From an uncultured Acidobacteriota bacterium (GTDB lineage Bacteria; Acidobacteriota; UBA6911), in the NCBI GenBank assembly GCA_963843575.1, contig CAWJKZ010000019.1, positions 416,001 through 480,000 on the forward strand: a DNA stretch of 64,000 nt, given 5' to 3'. Positions 29,098 to 40,311 of this stretch are shown in pieces. The notes below the pieces were generated by a model, which was not told where the DNA came from, searched no databases, and was given only the letters and a program-made list of their open reading frames with translations. Made by a program: the position numbers and the translations under genes. Each line of letters opens with the position of its first letter. Positions within the stretch are counted from its first letter, which is position 1.

Positions 29098-31473
29098 ATG
29101 AGAATGTTCCCTGCAACGATGTGCGGCTGGCTGCTTGCGGCCGGGGCTGGCCTTGCCGCACGGCCGGCCGCGCCGGGGCCCGCGAGCGGACTGGCGCTGT
29201 GGTATCGCCGGCCCGCCGCGGAGTGGCTGGAAGCCCTTCCCGTGGGCAATGGGCGCCTCGGCGCCATGGTGTTTGGCCGCGTGGCCGACGAGCAGATCCA
29301 GCTGAACGAAAAGACCGTCTGGTCGGGCGGCCGCGACAGCCAGCCGCCGCCGGCTGGAGCCTACAGGCGGCTCGCGGAGATCCGCCGGCTGCTCTTCGGC
29401 GGCAATTACGCCGACGGCGAGGCCGCGGCGCGCTCTGCCTTCCTCTCCGGCCGCCGCGGAGACCGCAACAGCTACCAGACGCTCGGCGACTTGTCGCTGG
29501 CCGCCGACCTTCCCGGCGAGCCCGCGGACTACCGCCGGTGGCTCGACCTGGATTCGGGCGTCGCCGTCACGACGTTCACGCTGGATGGCGTCGCCTACCG
29601 CAGGGAAGTCTTCTGCAGCGCCCCCGACCAGGTCCTGGTTGTGCGGCTCGCCGCGGATCGCCCCGGCGGCATTGGAGTCAGCGCCACCCTGCGGCGCGGC
29701 GGCGCCCGCCTCGAGGAGGCCGGCACCGACACGCTGCTGATGAACGGCCAGGCGGGTCTGAAAGAGGAAGCCCGCGGGGTGAAGTTCGCGGCCGCGCTGA
29801 AGGTGCTCGCCGAGGGCGGACAAGTCCGCGCAGAGGGCGGCCGGGTGACGGTGTCGGGCGCTGCCGCCGTCACCCTGATCCTGGCGGCTGCCACCGACTA
29901 CAACCTTGGGAATCCCTCGGTGCCGCTCGCGCACGACCTGGCACGGATGTCGCTCGGGACCGCCGCCGCGGCCTCCGCGCGCCCTTACGCCGAACTGAAG
30001 GAGCGGAGCGTGGCCGACCACCGGCGCCTGTTCCGCCGCGTGGAGCTGAGGCTGTCGCCCGCCGCGGCGCCGGATCTGCCGACCGACGAGCGGCTCAAGG
30101 CCGTGCAGGCGGGCGCCGAAGACCCGCGACTGGTGGAGCTCTATTTCCAGTACGGCCGCTACCTCCTGATCTCCTCGTCGCGCCCCGGCAGCCTGCCGGC
30201 CAACCTGCAGGGCGTCTGGAACCAGGAACTGTCGGCGCCCTGGGGGGCCGACTACCACATCAACATCAACATCCAGATGAACTACTGGCCGGCCGAAGTG
30301 GCGAACCTGTCCGAGTGCCACGAGCCGTTTTTCGATTTCGTCGAGGCGCTCGCACGCCACTCGGGACGCCGGGCCGCTCGCGACGTTTACGGCGCCCGCG
30401 GTTTTGTCGGGCACTACACCACCGACCCGTGGTTCTACACGCCCGCCGCGGGCGAGCCGCAGTGGGCCCTCTGGCAAATGGGCGGCGCCTGGGCGACGCG
30501 CCACTTCATCGAGCACTACCGGTTCACCGGCGACCGGGCCTTCCTGCGGGGACGCGCCTACCCGATGCTGCGCGAGGCCGCGCTCTTCCTGCTCGACTGG
30601 CTCGTGGAGGACCCGAAGACCGGCAAACTGGTCTCGGGCCCCAGCGCGTCCCCCGAAAACACGTTCACCGCCGCCGACGGGAAGAACTACAGCGTGTCGA
30701 TGGGCTGCTCGATGGACCAGGAAATCATCTGGGACACGCTCACCAACTTCCTCGCCGCGGCACGCGAGCTGGGCATCGCAGACGAGCAGACCCGTAAAGC
30801 CCGCGCCGCGCTCGGCCGGCTGGCCTGGCCGGGAATCGGCTCCGACGGACGGCTGATGGAGTGGACGCACGAGTTCGGCGAGCCCGAGCCTGGACACCGG
30901 CACATCTCCCACCTGTACGGCCTGCACCCCGCCGCGCAGTTCACCCGGAGCGCGACGCCGGAATACCTGGCCGCGGCGCGCCGGACGATCGATCACCGGC
31001 TCGCCCACGGCGGCGGCCACACCGGCTGGAGCCGCGCCTGGATCGTCAACTTTTTCGCGCGCTTCCAGGACGGCGAACGCGCGTACGAGAACGTCCGGCT
31101 GCTGCTGCAGAAGTCGACGCTGAGCAACCTGTTCGACAACCACCCGCCGTTTCAGATCGACGGGAACTTCGGCGGCGCCGCCGGGATCGCCGAGATGCTC
31201 CTGCAGAGCCACGACGACGGCATTACGCTGCTACCGGCACTGCCGAAAGCCTGGGCCGAGGGCCATTTCACAGGACTGCGCGCGCGCGGCGGCTTCGAGG
31301 TGAGCGCCTCCTGGCGGGGCGGGGAACTCGAGCGCGCCGAGATCAAGTCGCTCAACGGCAAAAGGTGCCGCGTTCGTCTCGGCGGCGTGGTGCGGGAGTT
31401 CGCGACCACGCCGGGGCGGATCTACGAGTTGCACAACAACAACTTGTCACGGAGGACACAGAAAAAAACCTGA
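29098..31473 (+). CDS. GH95 alpha-L-fucosidase
   Basis: [52 protein letters not shown] and [11 protein letters not shown]. Confidence 0.95.
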   Translation: MRMFPATMCGWLLAAGAGLAARPAAPGPASGLALWYRRPAAEWLEALPVGNGRLGAMVFGRVADEQIQLNEKTVWSGGRDSQPPPAGAYRRLAEIRRLLFGGNYADGEAAARSAFLSGRRGDRNSYQTLGDLSLAADLPGEPADYRRWLDLDSGVAVTTFTLDGVAYRREVFCSAPDQVLVVRLAADRPGGIGVSATLRRGGARLEEAGTDTLLMNGQAGLKEEARGVKFAAALKVLAEGGQVRAEGGRVTVSGAAAVTLILAAATDYNLGNPSVPLAHDLARMSLGTAAAASARPYAELKERSVADHRRLFRRVELRLSPAAAPDLPTDERLKAVQAGAEDPRLVELYFQYGRYLLISSSRPGSLPANLQGVWNQELSAPWGADYHININIQMNYWPAEVANLSECHEPFFDFVEALARHSGRRAARDVYGARGFVGHYTTDPWFYTPAAGEPQWALWQMGGAWATRHFIEHYRFTGDRAFLRGRAYPMLREAALFLLDWLVEDPKTGKLVSGPSASPENTFTAADGKNYSVSMGCSMDQEIIWDTLTNFLAAARELGIADEQTRKARAALGRLAWPGIGSDGRLMEWTHEFGEPEPGHRHISHLYGLHPAAQFTRSATPEYLAAARRTIDHRLAHGGGHTGWSRAWIVNFFARFQDGERAYENVRLLLQKSTLSNLFDNHPPFQIDGNFGGAAGIAEMLLQSHDDGITLLPALPKAWAEGHFTGLRARGGFEVSASWRGGELERAEIKSLNGKRCRVRLGGVVREFATTPGRIYELHNNNLSRRTQKKT

Positions 31474-31551
31474 GGGCACGGAATGTCAGAATCGTTTTAT
31501 TCCGTGTTCTTCCGTCTTTTTTCCGTGTCTTCCGTGACAAGTTGTTGTTGT
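31433..31551. repeat. Long inverted repeat of the CACGGA family, probable bidirectional terminator
   Basis: ACAACAACAACTTGTCACGGAGGACAC ... GTGTCTTCCGTGACAAGTTGTTGTTGT between convergent genes. Overlaps the GH95 stop. Confidence 0.7.
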
Positions 31552-31561
31552 CCGTCCGCTG

Positions 31562-32638
31562 TCAGGCTCCCAGGTCCCAGCGGCGGAAGTAGAGCGCCTG
31601 TCGCACGATCGGCAGGGTTTTGAACTCGATCTCGCGCATCTGTTGGTCCGACAGCGGACTGAACTCGGACGCCGTCTTCACATTCTCTTCGAGCTGCGCC
31701 ACGTTGTCGACGCCGACGATGCTTGTGCTCACCGGCAGGGACATGTTGTAGGAAAGGGCCTCCTTCATCGTCAGCGTTCCCCGGAGCTTCGTGCGCAGTC
31801 GCTCCGGCTGCTGTTCGAGCGGCGGAGGATTCCAGGTGGACAAGACCCTGCCGCGGGTCGTGATCTTCATGCCGATGATGGCGATGCCCCGCTTCTGCGC
31901 CTCGGGGAGCAGGTGACGGATGAAGCTCAGGTAATGGACGTCGGCCGCATTGAGCGCCATGAGAATCGAGTCGAATGGATAGCGCTTGATCGCCTCGAGC
32001 AGGACGATCGGTTCGAAGTGCCCCGTGATTCCCAGGAAGCGGACCATGCCTTCCGAGCGCGCCTTTTCAAGCGCTTCGATGGCGCCCCCCTTCGCGAAGA
32101 TCTTGTCGACATGGTCCTGCGTCTGCACGTTGTGGAGCTGCCAGGTGTCCAGGTGATCGGTCTGCAGGTTCTTGAGGCTGCGCTCGAGCAGCTTCATTGA
32201 CCCGTCAAAAGTCCGGTCTCCGGTTTTGCTGGCGAGGAAGACCTCCCGTCGCCTGGTTTTCAAGACTTGGCCGATGTGAGTTTCGCTCGTTCCGTCCCCA
32301 TAGCCTGCCGCGGTGTCGATGTAGTTGACCCCCAAGTCTATGGCCCGGCTGACGATCGCCGCCGAATCTTCCGCCCGACCGGGGATTTCGAGCGTGGCCT
32401 GGCCCCCGAGACTGAAGATGCCGACCTTGTACCCGGTCTTGCCGAGGCTTCTCGTCGGCATGGCCTTGTGGGTGCGCTCGTTGTACGGAAGTTGATAGCC
32501 TCCAGCCGCCGGCTCCGGAGGACGCGCCTCAGGATGAGGGGCATTCGCCCGGGCAACCGCGGCCATGGTCAGCGCCACACCCGTTCCGAGGAACTCCCGC
32601 CTGCCGCAACCACCCTTGTTTTCTCCAGTGTCGTTCAT
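31562..32638 (-). CDS. Tat-exported aldo/keto reductase
   Basis: GRREFL, R.LGKTG, GVNYIDTA..YG, FLASK and RFLGITGH. Confidence 0.9.
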   Translation of the reverse strand: MNDTGENKGGCGRREFLGTGVALTMAAVARANAPHPEARPPEPAAGGYQLPYNERTHKAMPTRSLGKTGYKVGIFSLGGQATLEIPGRAEDSAAIVSRAIDLGVNYIDTAAGYGDGTSETHIGQVLKTRRREVFLASKTGDRTFDGSMKLLERSLKNLQTDHLDTWQLHNVQTQDHVDKIFAKGGAIEALEKARSEGMVRFLGITGHFEPIVLLEAIKRYPFDSILMALNAADVHYLSFIRHLLPEAQKRGIAIIGMKITTRGRVLSTWNPPPLEQQPERLRTKLRGTLTMKEALSYNMSLPVSTSIVGVDNVAQLEENVKTASEFSPLSDQQMREIEFKTLPIVRQALYFRRWDLGA

Positions 32639-32712
32639 CGCTCATACCTCCGTCGTTTTTTCTTCATGATGATCCAGCCCTCCCGGGAAAGACGAGCGTC
32701 TTCGAATCGTGA

Positions 32713-32924
32713 TTACCTCCCTCTCCCGGGAACGAGGCGCTTGAGTTCCTCGAACCAGTTCGTGACGAGGAGCATCTCCGTCACGGGCTGCGGCTTTCTT
32801 TCCTCGAGCTTCACCATTAGGAATCCCTGCCCGTCAGGCCACAGGTCCCAGCCTCGGATGGGGTTTCCGTTGCCCAATCCCAGCTGCTCGAACAGGGGGC
32901 GCGGCCTGCCGGACGGGCGCAAAG
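32713..32924 (-). pseudogene. C-terminal remnant of a Ser/Thr kinase-beta-propeller (TolB/WD40-like) protein
   Basis: PRPLF..WDL.PDGQ.FLMV...VTNWFEELKRLVP matches the typical terminus of such proteins. Similarity ends at element copy 5. Confidence 0.65.
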
Positions 32925-33032
32925 CGGCCTTAATCGCAGAAAATGGCCCCGAAAACACGAAATAAGGGTCATTTTCCCCTCTATTTTCGCGGCATCTTAT
33001 TGAGGGGTATAGGCTTCTCCTGGTCCGTCCCC
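32925..33032 (-). repeat. ~105-bp GGGGACGGACC/CTTATTT element, copy 5
   Basis: Minus strand reads GGGGACGGACC (first G shared with the TonB receptor TAG)..CCCTTATTTCGTGTTTTCGGGGCCATTTTCTGCGATTAAGGCCG. Confidence 0.8.
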
Positions 33033-36000
33033 TAAAAGTACAATTTCAGGCCAAATTGAATCTGCCTGGCCGGGAAAGTTGAAGAGATGGTGCCAAAGGC
33101 AGTGGCATTGCGCTGTCCGTTGGCCGGCTGGAAATTGGTTTTGTTGAACACGTTGAAGAACTCGGCGCGGAACTCCAGCCTGTTCTCTTCGCGTAGGACC
33201 CGGAAGTCCTTATGCAGCCCCATGTCAAGCTGGTAGAACGCGTGGCTTCGGCCAATGTTGCGGCCGGCGTTCCCAAAAGGCTGGCTGACGTCGGTCGGCA
33301 CCAGGATCGCATTCTTATTGAAATAGTTGGTGATCGTCTGTTCGCTCGGGTAGATGTCGCCGGTGATGTTCGGCCGGTAGGCCGGGTAGCTGCTGACGGA
33401 GAACGCCGACGTCGGGCTGTAGTACAGGTTGATAGGTGCGCCGCTGGTCATGGTATTGATTCCAGTCAGGCGCCAGCCTCCGAGGATTCCGTCCAGCACC
33501 GGATGCATACCGGAGCCATAGGTGCGGCCGCGGCCGTAGGGGATATCCCACACGGCACTCGTGGTGTTGTTGAGCGGCTGGTCATAGCTGGAGAGACCCT
33601 TATCGGACTTGATGTTGCGGAAGTTGACACGGCTGCTGTCGCCGTTCTGCACTTCCAGGTGCCCCGAGGCGTTGTCGATGCCCTTCGACCAGGTGAACGA
33701 ATTCAGGAGGTAGAATCCGCTGGTGAAGCGGCGCTCCAGCTTGACCTGCATCGCGTGATAATTCCCCATTCCCCCCGGGAAAGCCTCCTGGATGATCGAG
33801 TATTTCGATAGCGGGCGGCGTGCCTGGAGCGACAGGTTCTCGCCCACGTTGTTCGGACGCGCCTGGTTGTAATCCGCCAGGACTACCAGCTTGGTGCTCT
33901 TGTTGCCGATGTAACCGACATCGAGGAGCAGGTTGCGGACGAGCTCCCACTGCGTGGTGAGATGCCAGCTCTGAACGTATCCGGTGCGGGTGTCTGCCGG
34001 GATGAAGTTGACGCGCGCCTTCAGGGGATCGTACCTGCCCGGGACGGTATACCCGGTGGGATATCCCATCTGGGTGGTGCGGAAACAGGTGGTCGGCTCT
34101 GAGTTGCCCACGCAGAGTGGCTGCGAGGTCAACTGGTCGATCGTCATCTGGACGACGTGCGGCCCGTTGAAGGACAGCAGATTCTCGCCGCCGAGCCGGT
34201 TGAAGTGCACATAGCTTATCCCATAGCCGGCGCGAATCACCGTGCGGGACGTGGGCGTGTACGCCACTCCGAAGCGGGGCGCGAAGTTATTGCGGTCGGG
34301 GTTGACCAGGGACTTGTCGTAGATCGACCCGTCCTTGGCTGTCAGCAGGGTCTGCGTCGATGGATCGAAGTTGGACAGATAGTTGTTCTTCTCCCACTGG
34401 GGCGTGCCCAGTTCGTATCGCAGGCCCAGGTTGAGCGTGAGCTTGGGATCCACCTTCCAGTCGTTCTGCACAAAGAAGAAGTGCATCCGCTGCCGCAGAT
34501 TAAAAATGAAGGGGGAGATGATCGTGTAGCTGCTGCGCAGGCCGAGGAGAAAATCGGCTAGGTCGTAGGTTGCCGCGTCGGACGCCGCGCCGGATGGTCG
34601 TGTGAATTGGCCCGCGTAGGAGTCCTGGCCGTATTTCGGATGGACGTCGTCGATCTCGGTGGCGATGGTCTGGTACTCGTATCCGGCCTTCCAACTCATC
34701 TTGCCCCGGATCCAGGAGAAGTTGACCTTCGGATTCCAGACAAACGGGTCCTGGTGCTGCGGGTTGGACTCCTGCCGGCCGAGGGCAGTCCATCCGCTGA
34801 TAGACTGCTTGAGGAGGCCGCCGGCAAACCGGGCATCTGTGGGCAGGCCGGTAATGCCGTAAAGGGCTTCCATGCCCGGGCCCCCCTGGTTGTAGCCGTT
34901 CTTACCCGCCTTCGTCTTGGATACCCCGAGCCGGAATTCGAGCAGCTTGGTCGTCGACAGGCTGTAGGTAGCGCCGACGGCCAGCTGCTGGTTCAGCACG
35001 CCGACGTAAGCATTGCTGTCTCCACCGGAAAGTCCCGAAATGGTGGGCGGCTCGAAGTTGTTCATCTTGCGATGGCTGATCCTCACGAAGGAACTCAACT
35101 TGCTGGAGACCTGGTAATCCACCTTGACGTTGAACTTGTCGTTGTAGTCCTGTTGCGCCGGCAAGGAGTCGAAGTTGTTGGCGATGCCCGGGCGCGTCGG
35201 TGCCGGAAGGTCGGCGAGCACCTTCTTGGCAAATGGGGTGATCGAGGACTCCGGGACGCCGTTGGCATAGGTCTCGCCGGTGAACGGGTTGCGGACCGCC
35301 TTGCCCAGAATGCCCTTCCTCTGGTCCATCGTCGGAATGCTGGCGAATCGGATGCTGCGCTGGATCTGCCGGAAACCCTCATAGTCCACGAAGAAGAAGG
35401 CCTTGTCCCTGATGATGGGGCCGCCGACGGCGCCACCGAACTGATTCCGGATCAGGGTCGGCTTGATGCCCCCGGTCGGTTTGAAAAAGCCGACCGCGTT
35501 GAGCACCGTGTTCCGGTGAAACTCCCATAGGGATCCCCGCAGCTGGTTTGTGCCGGCTCGCAGGGAGGCGTTGATGACCGCGCCCCCGGCGCGGCCGAAT
35601 TCGGCCGAGTAGTTGTTGGTCTGCACCTTGAACTCGGCGACGCTGTCGGGCGACGCCTGCACGACCTGGTTGGAGAATCCCTGGTTGGAGGTGCCGTAGG
35701 AGTTGTTGTCGACACCGTCCATGGTGAAGTTGTTGAAGGCGCTGCGCAAACCGTGGACGTTGAACGAGGCGTCACGCGAGGTTGCGATGGCTGACTTCCT
35801 GACTCCTGGAGAAAGCAGCGCCAGGTCGGCATACGCCCGCCCGTTGAGCGGGAGGTTGACGATCTGCTCCGAGGCGACCACCGTGCCGCGATCGCTGGAG
35901 TCTGTCTCCACGAGTCTGGCCGCCCCGGTGACCACCACGCTTTCTGTGATGTTGCCTACCTGCAGCGAGAGGTCGACACGCTGACGCGCATTCACGGTCA

Positions 36001-36286
36001 CCTTGACATTCTCGGCTACTGCCGTCGAAAACCCCTGCATCTCCGCGCGCACCGTATAGGTGCCGTTCTTGACATTGAGGATGAGGTAGTTGCCGGATTC
36101 GTCGGTGCCCGCCGAAGTCGTAATCCCGGTTTCCATGTTACGGAGCGTTATGGTGGCCCCGGCAATTACGGCCCCTGAAGGATCGCGAACCGTGCCCAGA
36201 ACGCTGGCCGATTCGAACTGAGCGAAGGCCGCCTGGGAAAGGAGCAACAGCATCGGCAGCAAGCCAAATCGAACGAGTCTGTTCAT
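33032..36286 (-). CDS. Oar-type TonB-dependent receptor with carboxypeptidase-regulatory N-domain
   Basis: [50 protein letters not shown], terminal [11 protein letters not shown]. Confidence 0.95.
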   Translation of the reverse strand: MNRLVRFGLLPMLLLLSQAAFAQFESASVLGTVRDPSGAVIAGATITLRNMETGITTSAGTDESGNYLILNVKNGTYTVRAEMQGFSTAVAENVKVTVNARQRVDLSLQVGNITESVVVTGAARLVETDSSDRGTVVASEQIVNLPLNGRAYADLALLSPGVRKSAIATSRDASFNVHGLRSAFNNFTMDGVDNNSYGTSNQGFSNQVVQASPDSVAEFKVQTNNYSAEFGRAGGAVINASLRAGTNQLRGSLWEFHRNTVLNAVGFFKPTGGIKPTLIRNQFGGAVGGPIIRDKAFFFVDYEGFRQIQRSIRFASIPTMDQRKGILGKAVRNPFTGETYANGVPESSITPFAKKVLADLPAPTRPGIANNFDSLPAQQDYNDKFNVKVDYQVSSKLSSFVRISHRKMNNFEPPTISGLSGGDSNAYVGVLNQQLAVGATYSLSTTKLLEFRLGVSKTKAGKNGYNQGGPGMEALYGITGLPTDARFAGGLLKQSISGWTALGRQESNPQHQDPFVWNPKVNFSWIRGKMSWKAGYEYQTIATEIDDVHPKYGQDSYAGQFTRPSGAASDAATYDLADFLLGLRSSYTIISPFIFNLRQRMHFFFVQNDWKVDPKLTLNLGLRYELGTPQWEKNNYLSNFDPSTQTLLTAKDGSIYDKSLVNPDRNNFAPRFGVAYTPTSRTVIRAGYGISYVHFNRLGGENLLSFNGPHVVQMTIDQLTSQPLCVGNSEPTTCFRTTQMGYPTGYTVPGRYDPLKARVNFIPADTRTGYVQSWHLTTQWELVRNLLLDVGYIGNKSTKLVVLADYNQARPNNVGENLSLQARRPLSKYSIIQEAFPGGMGNYHAMQVKLERRFTSGFYLLNSFTWSKGIDNASGHLEVQNGDSSRVNFRNIKSDKGLSSYDQPLNNTTSAVWDIPYGRGRTYGSGMHPVLDGILGGWRLTGINTMTSGAPINLYYSPTSAFSVSSYPAYRPNITGDIYPSEQTITNYFNKNAILVPTDVSQPFGNAGRNIGRSHAFYQLDMGLHKDFRVLREENRLEFRAEFFNVFNKTNFQPANGQRNATAFGTISSTFPARQIQFGLKLYF

Positions 36287-36370
36287 GTAGCACCCTCCCT
36301 GGGTGTAATCGGTGCACACGTGTGCAAGCTAAACCAGGTTCGCCCCTCTTGTCAAGGATCCGGGCTAATC

Positions 36371-36528
36371 TGGAGTGCGGCGCCTCGGCGCCGCTTTCAC
36401 TTACGTCCTACGGCAGGAATGCTCGGCGCCTCGGCGCCACACCGAATTGCGTCGTGCGACCCTGCGACCTCGGCCGTTGGTGGCGCCGAGGCGCCACCAC
36501 CAAAGCGGCGTCGAGCCGCCGCACTCCA
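36371..36528. repeat. GGAG-REP doublet, family 2
   Basis: TGGAGTGCGGCGCCTCGGCGCCGC ... GCGGCGTCGAGCCGCCGCACTCCA. Confidence 0.85.
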
Positions 36529-36538
36529 AAGGACAGCC

Positions 36539-37639
36539 CTACTTCCTCAGGATCACGATCGAGTCCGAGACGGGGCGTTCCTTGCCGTCCGAGGGGGAAT
36601 TCACGACCGCCCCGTCGTAGAAGAGGGTGGTCGAGCCGCCGCCGTCCAGGTTCAGTGCATCGACGCAGTCGAGCGACTGGAGCAGGTCTGCCAGTTCGGC
36701 GAGGCTCGCCCCGATTGAGAGGCCTGGCTGGCGCCCGTCGACGGCGACCAGGACCCACGTGCCGTCAGCCTTCAGGCCGACGGCAGTCCGCGGGTGCCGC
36801 TCGACCGCAAAGCCCGGCCGCAGCCCTTCCTGGTCCGGTTCGAATGCGCGACGCCCGCCGCTCAGCAGGACGGGCAGACCGCCGACGATGTTGTTCGCCT
36901 CCCGCCAGGCAATTGCCCCGGGGGCGTTGGTCCCCGCCGCGGTCAGCTCGTAGCCGAGCCTCACCGGCGCCTTCGTCTTCAGCCCTGCGCTTGCGGCCAC
37001 CCGCCCCGGGCCCACCGAGTAGACGTAACCGCCGGGGGGAATCGCACTGTTGCCTTTCCGGGAAACCGCCGCGACGCGGTTGCCGGCGATCAGGAATTCG
37101 AGCCCGCCCGGGTCGGTGAGGGTGGTGCGGTGGAAGGCCCAATCGTAGAGGATGGCTTCGTTGCGGCCGCGCGGCCGGTTGATACCGTTTACCGGGAAGG
37201 TCCTGCCCCGGCTCCGCAACCACCACTTCATCCCGACTCGCCCGATGCGCGTTCCCCGGGCGTTCCATCCAATGGCGCCGCGGGCCCCCGCCGGATCCGA
37301 GAACCACCGGCCGCCCACTCTCAGGATGCCCGCCGGCTCCCCATCATACCGGCCGCCGATCCGGAAGAAGCCGCCGTTGACCGCGGCGAGCGCCGCCTTC
37401 CGCTCGGCCATCGAGGAGACGGTCTCGCGCCCCACCCCGTCGTCCAGGGCCCGGACGGCCTCGATGCGCACCCGCCGCGGGTCCACGTGCAGTATGTGGA
37501 TCGAAAGGGGACCCGCGGCCGCGCGCGACTCGTAGCGCAGCCCCGGGAAATCGGCCGGGACCGCCGGCGCGAGGGTCAGGATCAGGAGGGCGAAAACCGC
37601 GAGCCCCCGGCGCATCCGTTTCGTCACGCCCCTGATCAT
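36539..37639 (-). CDS. Phosphodiester glycosidase (NAGPA-like) family protein
   Basis: AAVNGGFF, RHPRTAVG, VDGRQ and ALNLDGGGS. Confidence 0.9.
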   Translation of the reverse strand: MIRGVTKRMRRGLAVFALLILTLAPAVPADFPGLRYESRAAAGPLSIHILHVDPRRVRIEAVRALDDGVGRETVSSMAERKAALAAVNGGFFRIGGRYDGEPAGILRVGGRWFSDPAGARGAIGWNARGTRIGRVGMKWWLRSRGRTFPVNGINRPRGRNEAILYDWAFHRTTLTDPGGLEFLIAGNRVAAVSRKGNSAIPPGGYVYSVGPGRVAASAGLKTKAPVRLGYELTAAGTNAPGAIAWREANNIVGGLPVLLSGGRRAFEPDQEGLRPGFAVERHPRTAVGLKADGTWVLVAVDGRQPGLSIGASLAELADLLQSLDCVDALNLDGGGSTTLFYDGAVVNSPSDGKERPVSDSIVILRK

Positions 37640-37759
37640 ACCCCAAGTACCCCAGGTGGGCCGCGGCGGCCCGCCGCGGCCCCCGGATTCGGCCCCGGAT
37701 TCGGCACGGGCGATCTTTGTTGCGGACTCGCGTGCGGTTGGGCGAGACTGGGCCAGGCT

Positions 37760-38219
37760 ATGAGACGGTTTTCGTACGAGTGCGAACAGACGCTGCCCCG
37801 GCCCCTGCAGGAGGTGTTCGCCTTCTTCTCGGAGCCGGGGAACCTGCAGGCCATCACGCCGCCGTGGCTGAGTTTCCAGATCCTTCCCGCCGGTGACCTC
37901 CGGATGCGGGTCGGGCTGCTCATCGACTACCGGCTCCACGTCCACGGGATCCCGCTCCGGTGGCGCAGCGAGATCACGGCCTGGGATCCGCCTCACCGAT
38001 TCGTGGACGAACAGCGGCGGGGCCCCTACCGGCTCTGGATCCACGAGCACAGCTTCGAGGCGAAGGGCGACGCCACGCTTGTCAGGGACCTGCGTGACCT
38101 ACGGCGTCACGGGAGGGCTGATCGTCCAGCGCCTCTTCGTCGGCCGCGACGTCGAAAGGATCTTCGCATTCCGCAGGAAGACGCTGGACCAGCTCTTTCG
38201 GATTGGCCGACCTGTGTGA
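37760..38219 (+). CDS. SRPBCC family protein; frameshift near 38090
   Basis: EVFAFFS.P.NL..ITPPWL.F, W.SEIT.W.PP.RFVDEQ.RGPY..W.HEH.F. The tail DVERIF.FR is in the next frame. Confidence 0.85.
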
Positions 38220-38235
38220 ATCACGTACCACTCAA

Positions 38236-38769
38236 TCAGCGAAACGCAAATCCGATGCGCAAGCCCAGCAGGTGGCGGCCACCGTCCGGGTAGACGTGAT
38301 CCCGAAACTCGAGAAGGATCCCCTTGTTCTCCCGGAACCACCAGTTCACACCGCCGCCGAAGTTGACCAGGTTGCGGCCCCCGTCTCCACCCACGCGAGA
38401 ATAGCCTCCCGCCAGAAATGGAGAAACCTTCCTCAGGCGGGAGAAGTGATAGTAGCCGTCGACCGAAAACAGCCCCAGCGGGTCCGAACCCTGCGTCGCC
38501 CAGGCCACACCCGCTTCGGCTCCCAGCCCCAGGCCCCGGTACACCAGTGCTTCGGCGCCCGCACCGACGTGCATGGTCCCCACCGATTCCGACCACCCGA
38601 TGTACGCCCCCGGAGCGACGAACACGTAACCCTGGAAGCGGTGTTCACCGTAGACGTTCGTCCCCGGTGTCGTGTTCGGGGCGGGCTGGCCGCTGGCCCA
38701 CCCTGAGAGCACGAGCATGGCCGAAGCCGTCACAACGATCCTGCTCAACATCCGGTATGCATTGTTCAC
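38236..38769 (-). CDS. Small outer-membrane beta-barrel protein
   Basis: Signal peptide, alternating beta strands, PF..GGY, NFGGG.NWWF and terminal RIGFAFR. Confidence 0.75.
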   Translation of the reverse strand: MNNAYRMLSRIVVTASAMLVLSGWASGQPAPNTTPGTNVYGEHRFQGYVFVAPGAYIGWSESVGTMHVGAGAEALVYRGLGLGAEAGVAWATQGSDPLGLFSVDGYYHFSRLRKVSPFLAGGYSRVGGDGGRNLVNFGGGVNWWFRENKGILLEFRDHVYPDGGRHLLGLRIGFAFR

Positions 38770-38969
38770 CTCGAACCCCCTTTCCTGGCTGTGGAGATCG
38801 CCGGTTCCAGAGAGGCAAACCGTGGACCCGCCCTATCCATCGTCCGGTGCAAGACGTAAGTGCCGCTTGCGCAACGAAGATCGCCCCGGTAACCACAGGG
38901 TGCGCATGTACCTCCCGGGATGTGCGATTTGGCGCATGTCGAATGGATTGGCGTGCGCCTGTCAGTGCT

Positions 38970-39199
38970 CAAGTGGGTCCGGGCTTCAGAGGCTGTCCAA
39001 CGGTTGAACCGCCCGCCCCACCCGCAAAACAAGTGGATCCGGGCTTCAGAGGCTGTCCAACGGTTGAACCACCCGCCCTACCCGCAAAACAAGTGGGTCC
39101 GGGCTTCAGCCCGGACGCCGTTTGCTGTCGCTATGCAGGTCAGCTGGAACTCTATGGAACGGATTTAAAGACGTCCGGGCTTCAGCCCGGACCCACTTG
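38970..39199. repeat. GTGG-REP cluster: two 60-bp half-REP units plus one doublet
   Basis: CAAGTGG at 38970, 39030 and 39090. The unit GAGGCTGTCCAACG.TTGAACC.CCCGCCC..CCCGCAAAA also occurs at 50.8-50.9 kb. Confidence 0.85.
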
Positions 39200-39294
39200 T
39201 TTTACGGGCCCTGCCGGATTGTGGCCCGTGGTGGCGTCGAGCCGCCGCACTCCAGACACTTGATTCCGGGGGTGGGGTGCTTTAGGCTCGGTCC

Positions 39295-40311
39295 ATGGGT
39301 ACCTACGACGGGGTCGACCCCGGATGCGTGCCGTTTCGCGCACTCTCCACGGGCGCACGCATGCCGGCGATCGGGCTGGGCACGTTCGGCTCGGACCACG
39401 TCTCCGCCGACGAGGTGGCCACGGCCGTCCGCGGCGCGGCCGAGGCCGGTTACCGGCACTTCGATTGCGCCTCCGTCTACGGCAACGAACGTCAGGTCGG
39501 CGCGGCGCTGCAGGACGTGATGCGCGGCGGCGTCGCCCGCGACCGGCTCTGGATCACCTCGAAACTCTGGAACGACAAACACGCCCCCGCCGACGTCGTC
39601 CCCTCCTGCCTCGACTCGCTGCGCGACCTGCGGCTGGACTACCTGGACATGTACCTCGTCCACTGGCCCTTCCCGAATTTCCACCCGCCGGGATGCGACG
39701 TCAGCACGCGGGCCGCCGACGCCAGGCCCTACATCCACGAAGACTTCATGGCGACCTGGCGGAAGATGGAAGAACTTGTGGACATGGGCGCGACGCGGCA
39801 CATCGGGACGTCCAACATGACGATCCCGAAACTGCGGCTGCTGCTCCGCGACGCCCGCATCAGGCCCGCGATCAATGAAATGGAGCTGCACCCGCACTTC
39901 CAGCAGCCGGAGCTTTTCGCGTTCGTCCGCGCGCAGGGGATCGAACCGGTCGGCTACTGCCCCATCGGCTCGCCGGGACGCCCCGCGCGGGACCGTGCGC
40001 CCGAGGACACGGTCGACACCGAGGATCCCGTGATCGTCCGGATCGCGGCGAGGCACGGCATCCAGCCCGCCGTCGTCTGCCTCAAGTGGGCTATTCAGCG
40101 GGGGCAGACGCCGCTCCCGTTCTCGACAAAACGCGACCACTACCTCGCCAACCTGCGCGGAGCCGTCGGCGAGCCCCTGTCGGACGGTGAAATGGCTGAG
40201 ATCGCCGGCATCGACAGGAACTGCCGGCTCGTCAAGGGGCAGGTCTTCCTGTGGAGGGCGGGGCAGAGCTGGGAAGACCTCTGGGACCTCAACGGAGAAA
40301 TCGCACGATGA
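39295..40311 (+). CDS. Aldo/keto reductase
   Basis: MPAIGLGTF, GYRHFDCA.VYGNE, ITSKLWN, DYLDMYLVHWP and IGTSN. Confidence 0.95.
   Translation: MGTYDGVDPGCVPFRALSTGARMPAIGLGTFGSDHVSADEVATAVRGAAEAGYRHFDCASVYGNERQVGAALQDVMRGGVARDRLWITSKLWNDKHAPADVVPSCLDSLRDLRLDYLDMYLVHWPFPNFHPPGCDVSTRAADARPYIHEDFMATWRKMEELVDMGATRHIGTSNMTIPKLRLLLRDARIRPAINEMELHPHFQQPELFAFVRAQGIEPVGYCPIGSPGRPARDRAPEDTVDTEDPVIVRIAARHGIQPAVVCLKWAIQRGQTPLPFSTKRDHYLANLRGAVGEPLSDGEMAEIAGIDRNCRLVKGQVFLWRAGQSWEDLWDLNGEIAR

Noticed and set aside
38850-38880. Sigma-54 promoter upstream of the beta-barrel gene
   Set aside because: GGCAC..TTGC spacing on the minus strand is GG-N12-GC, not the required GG-N10-GC.
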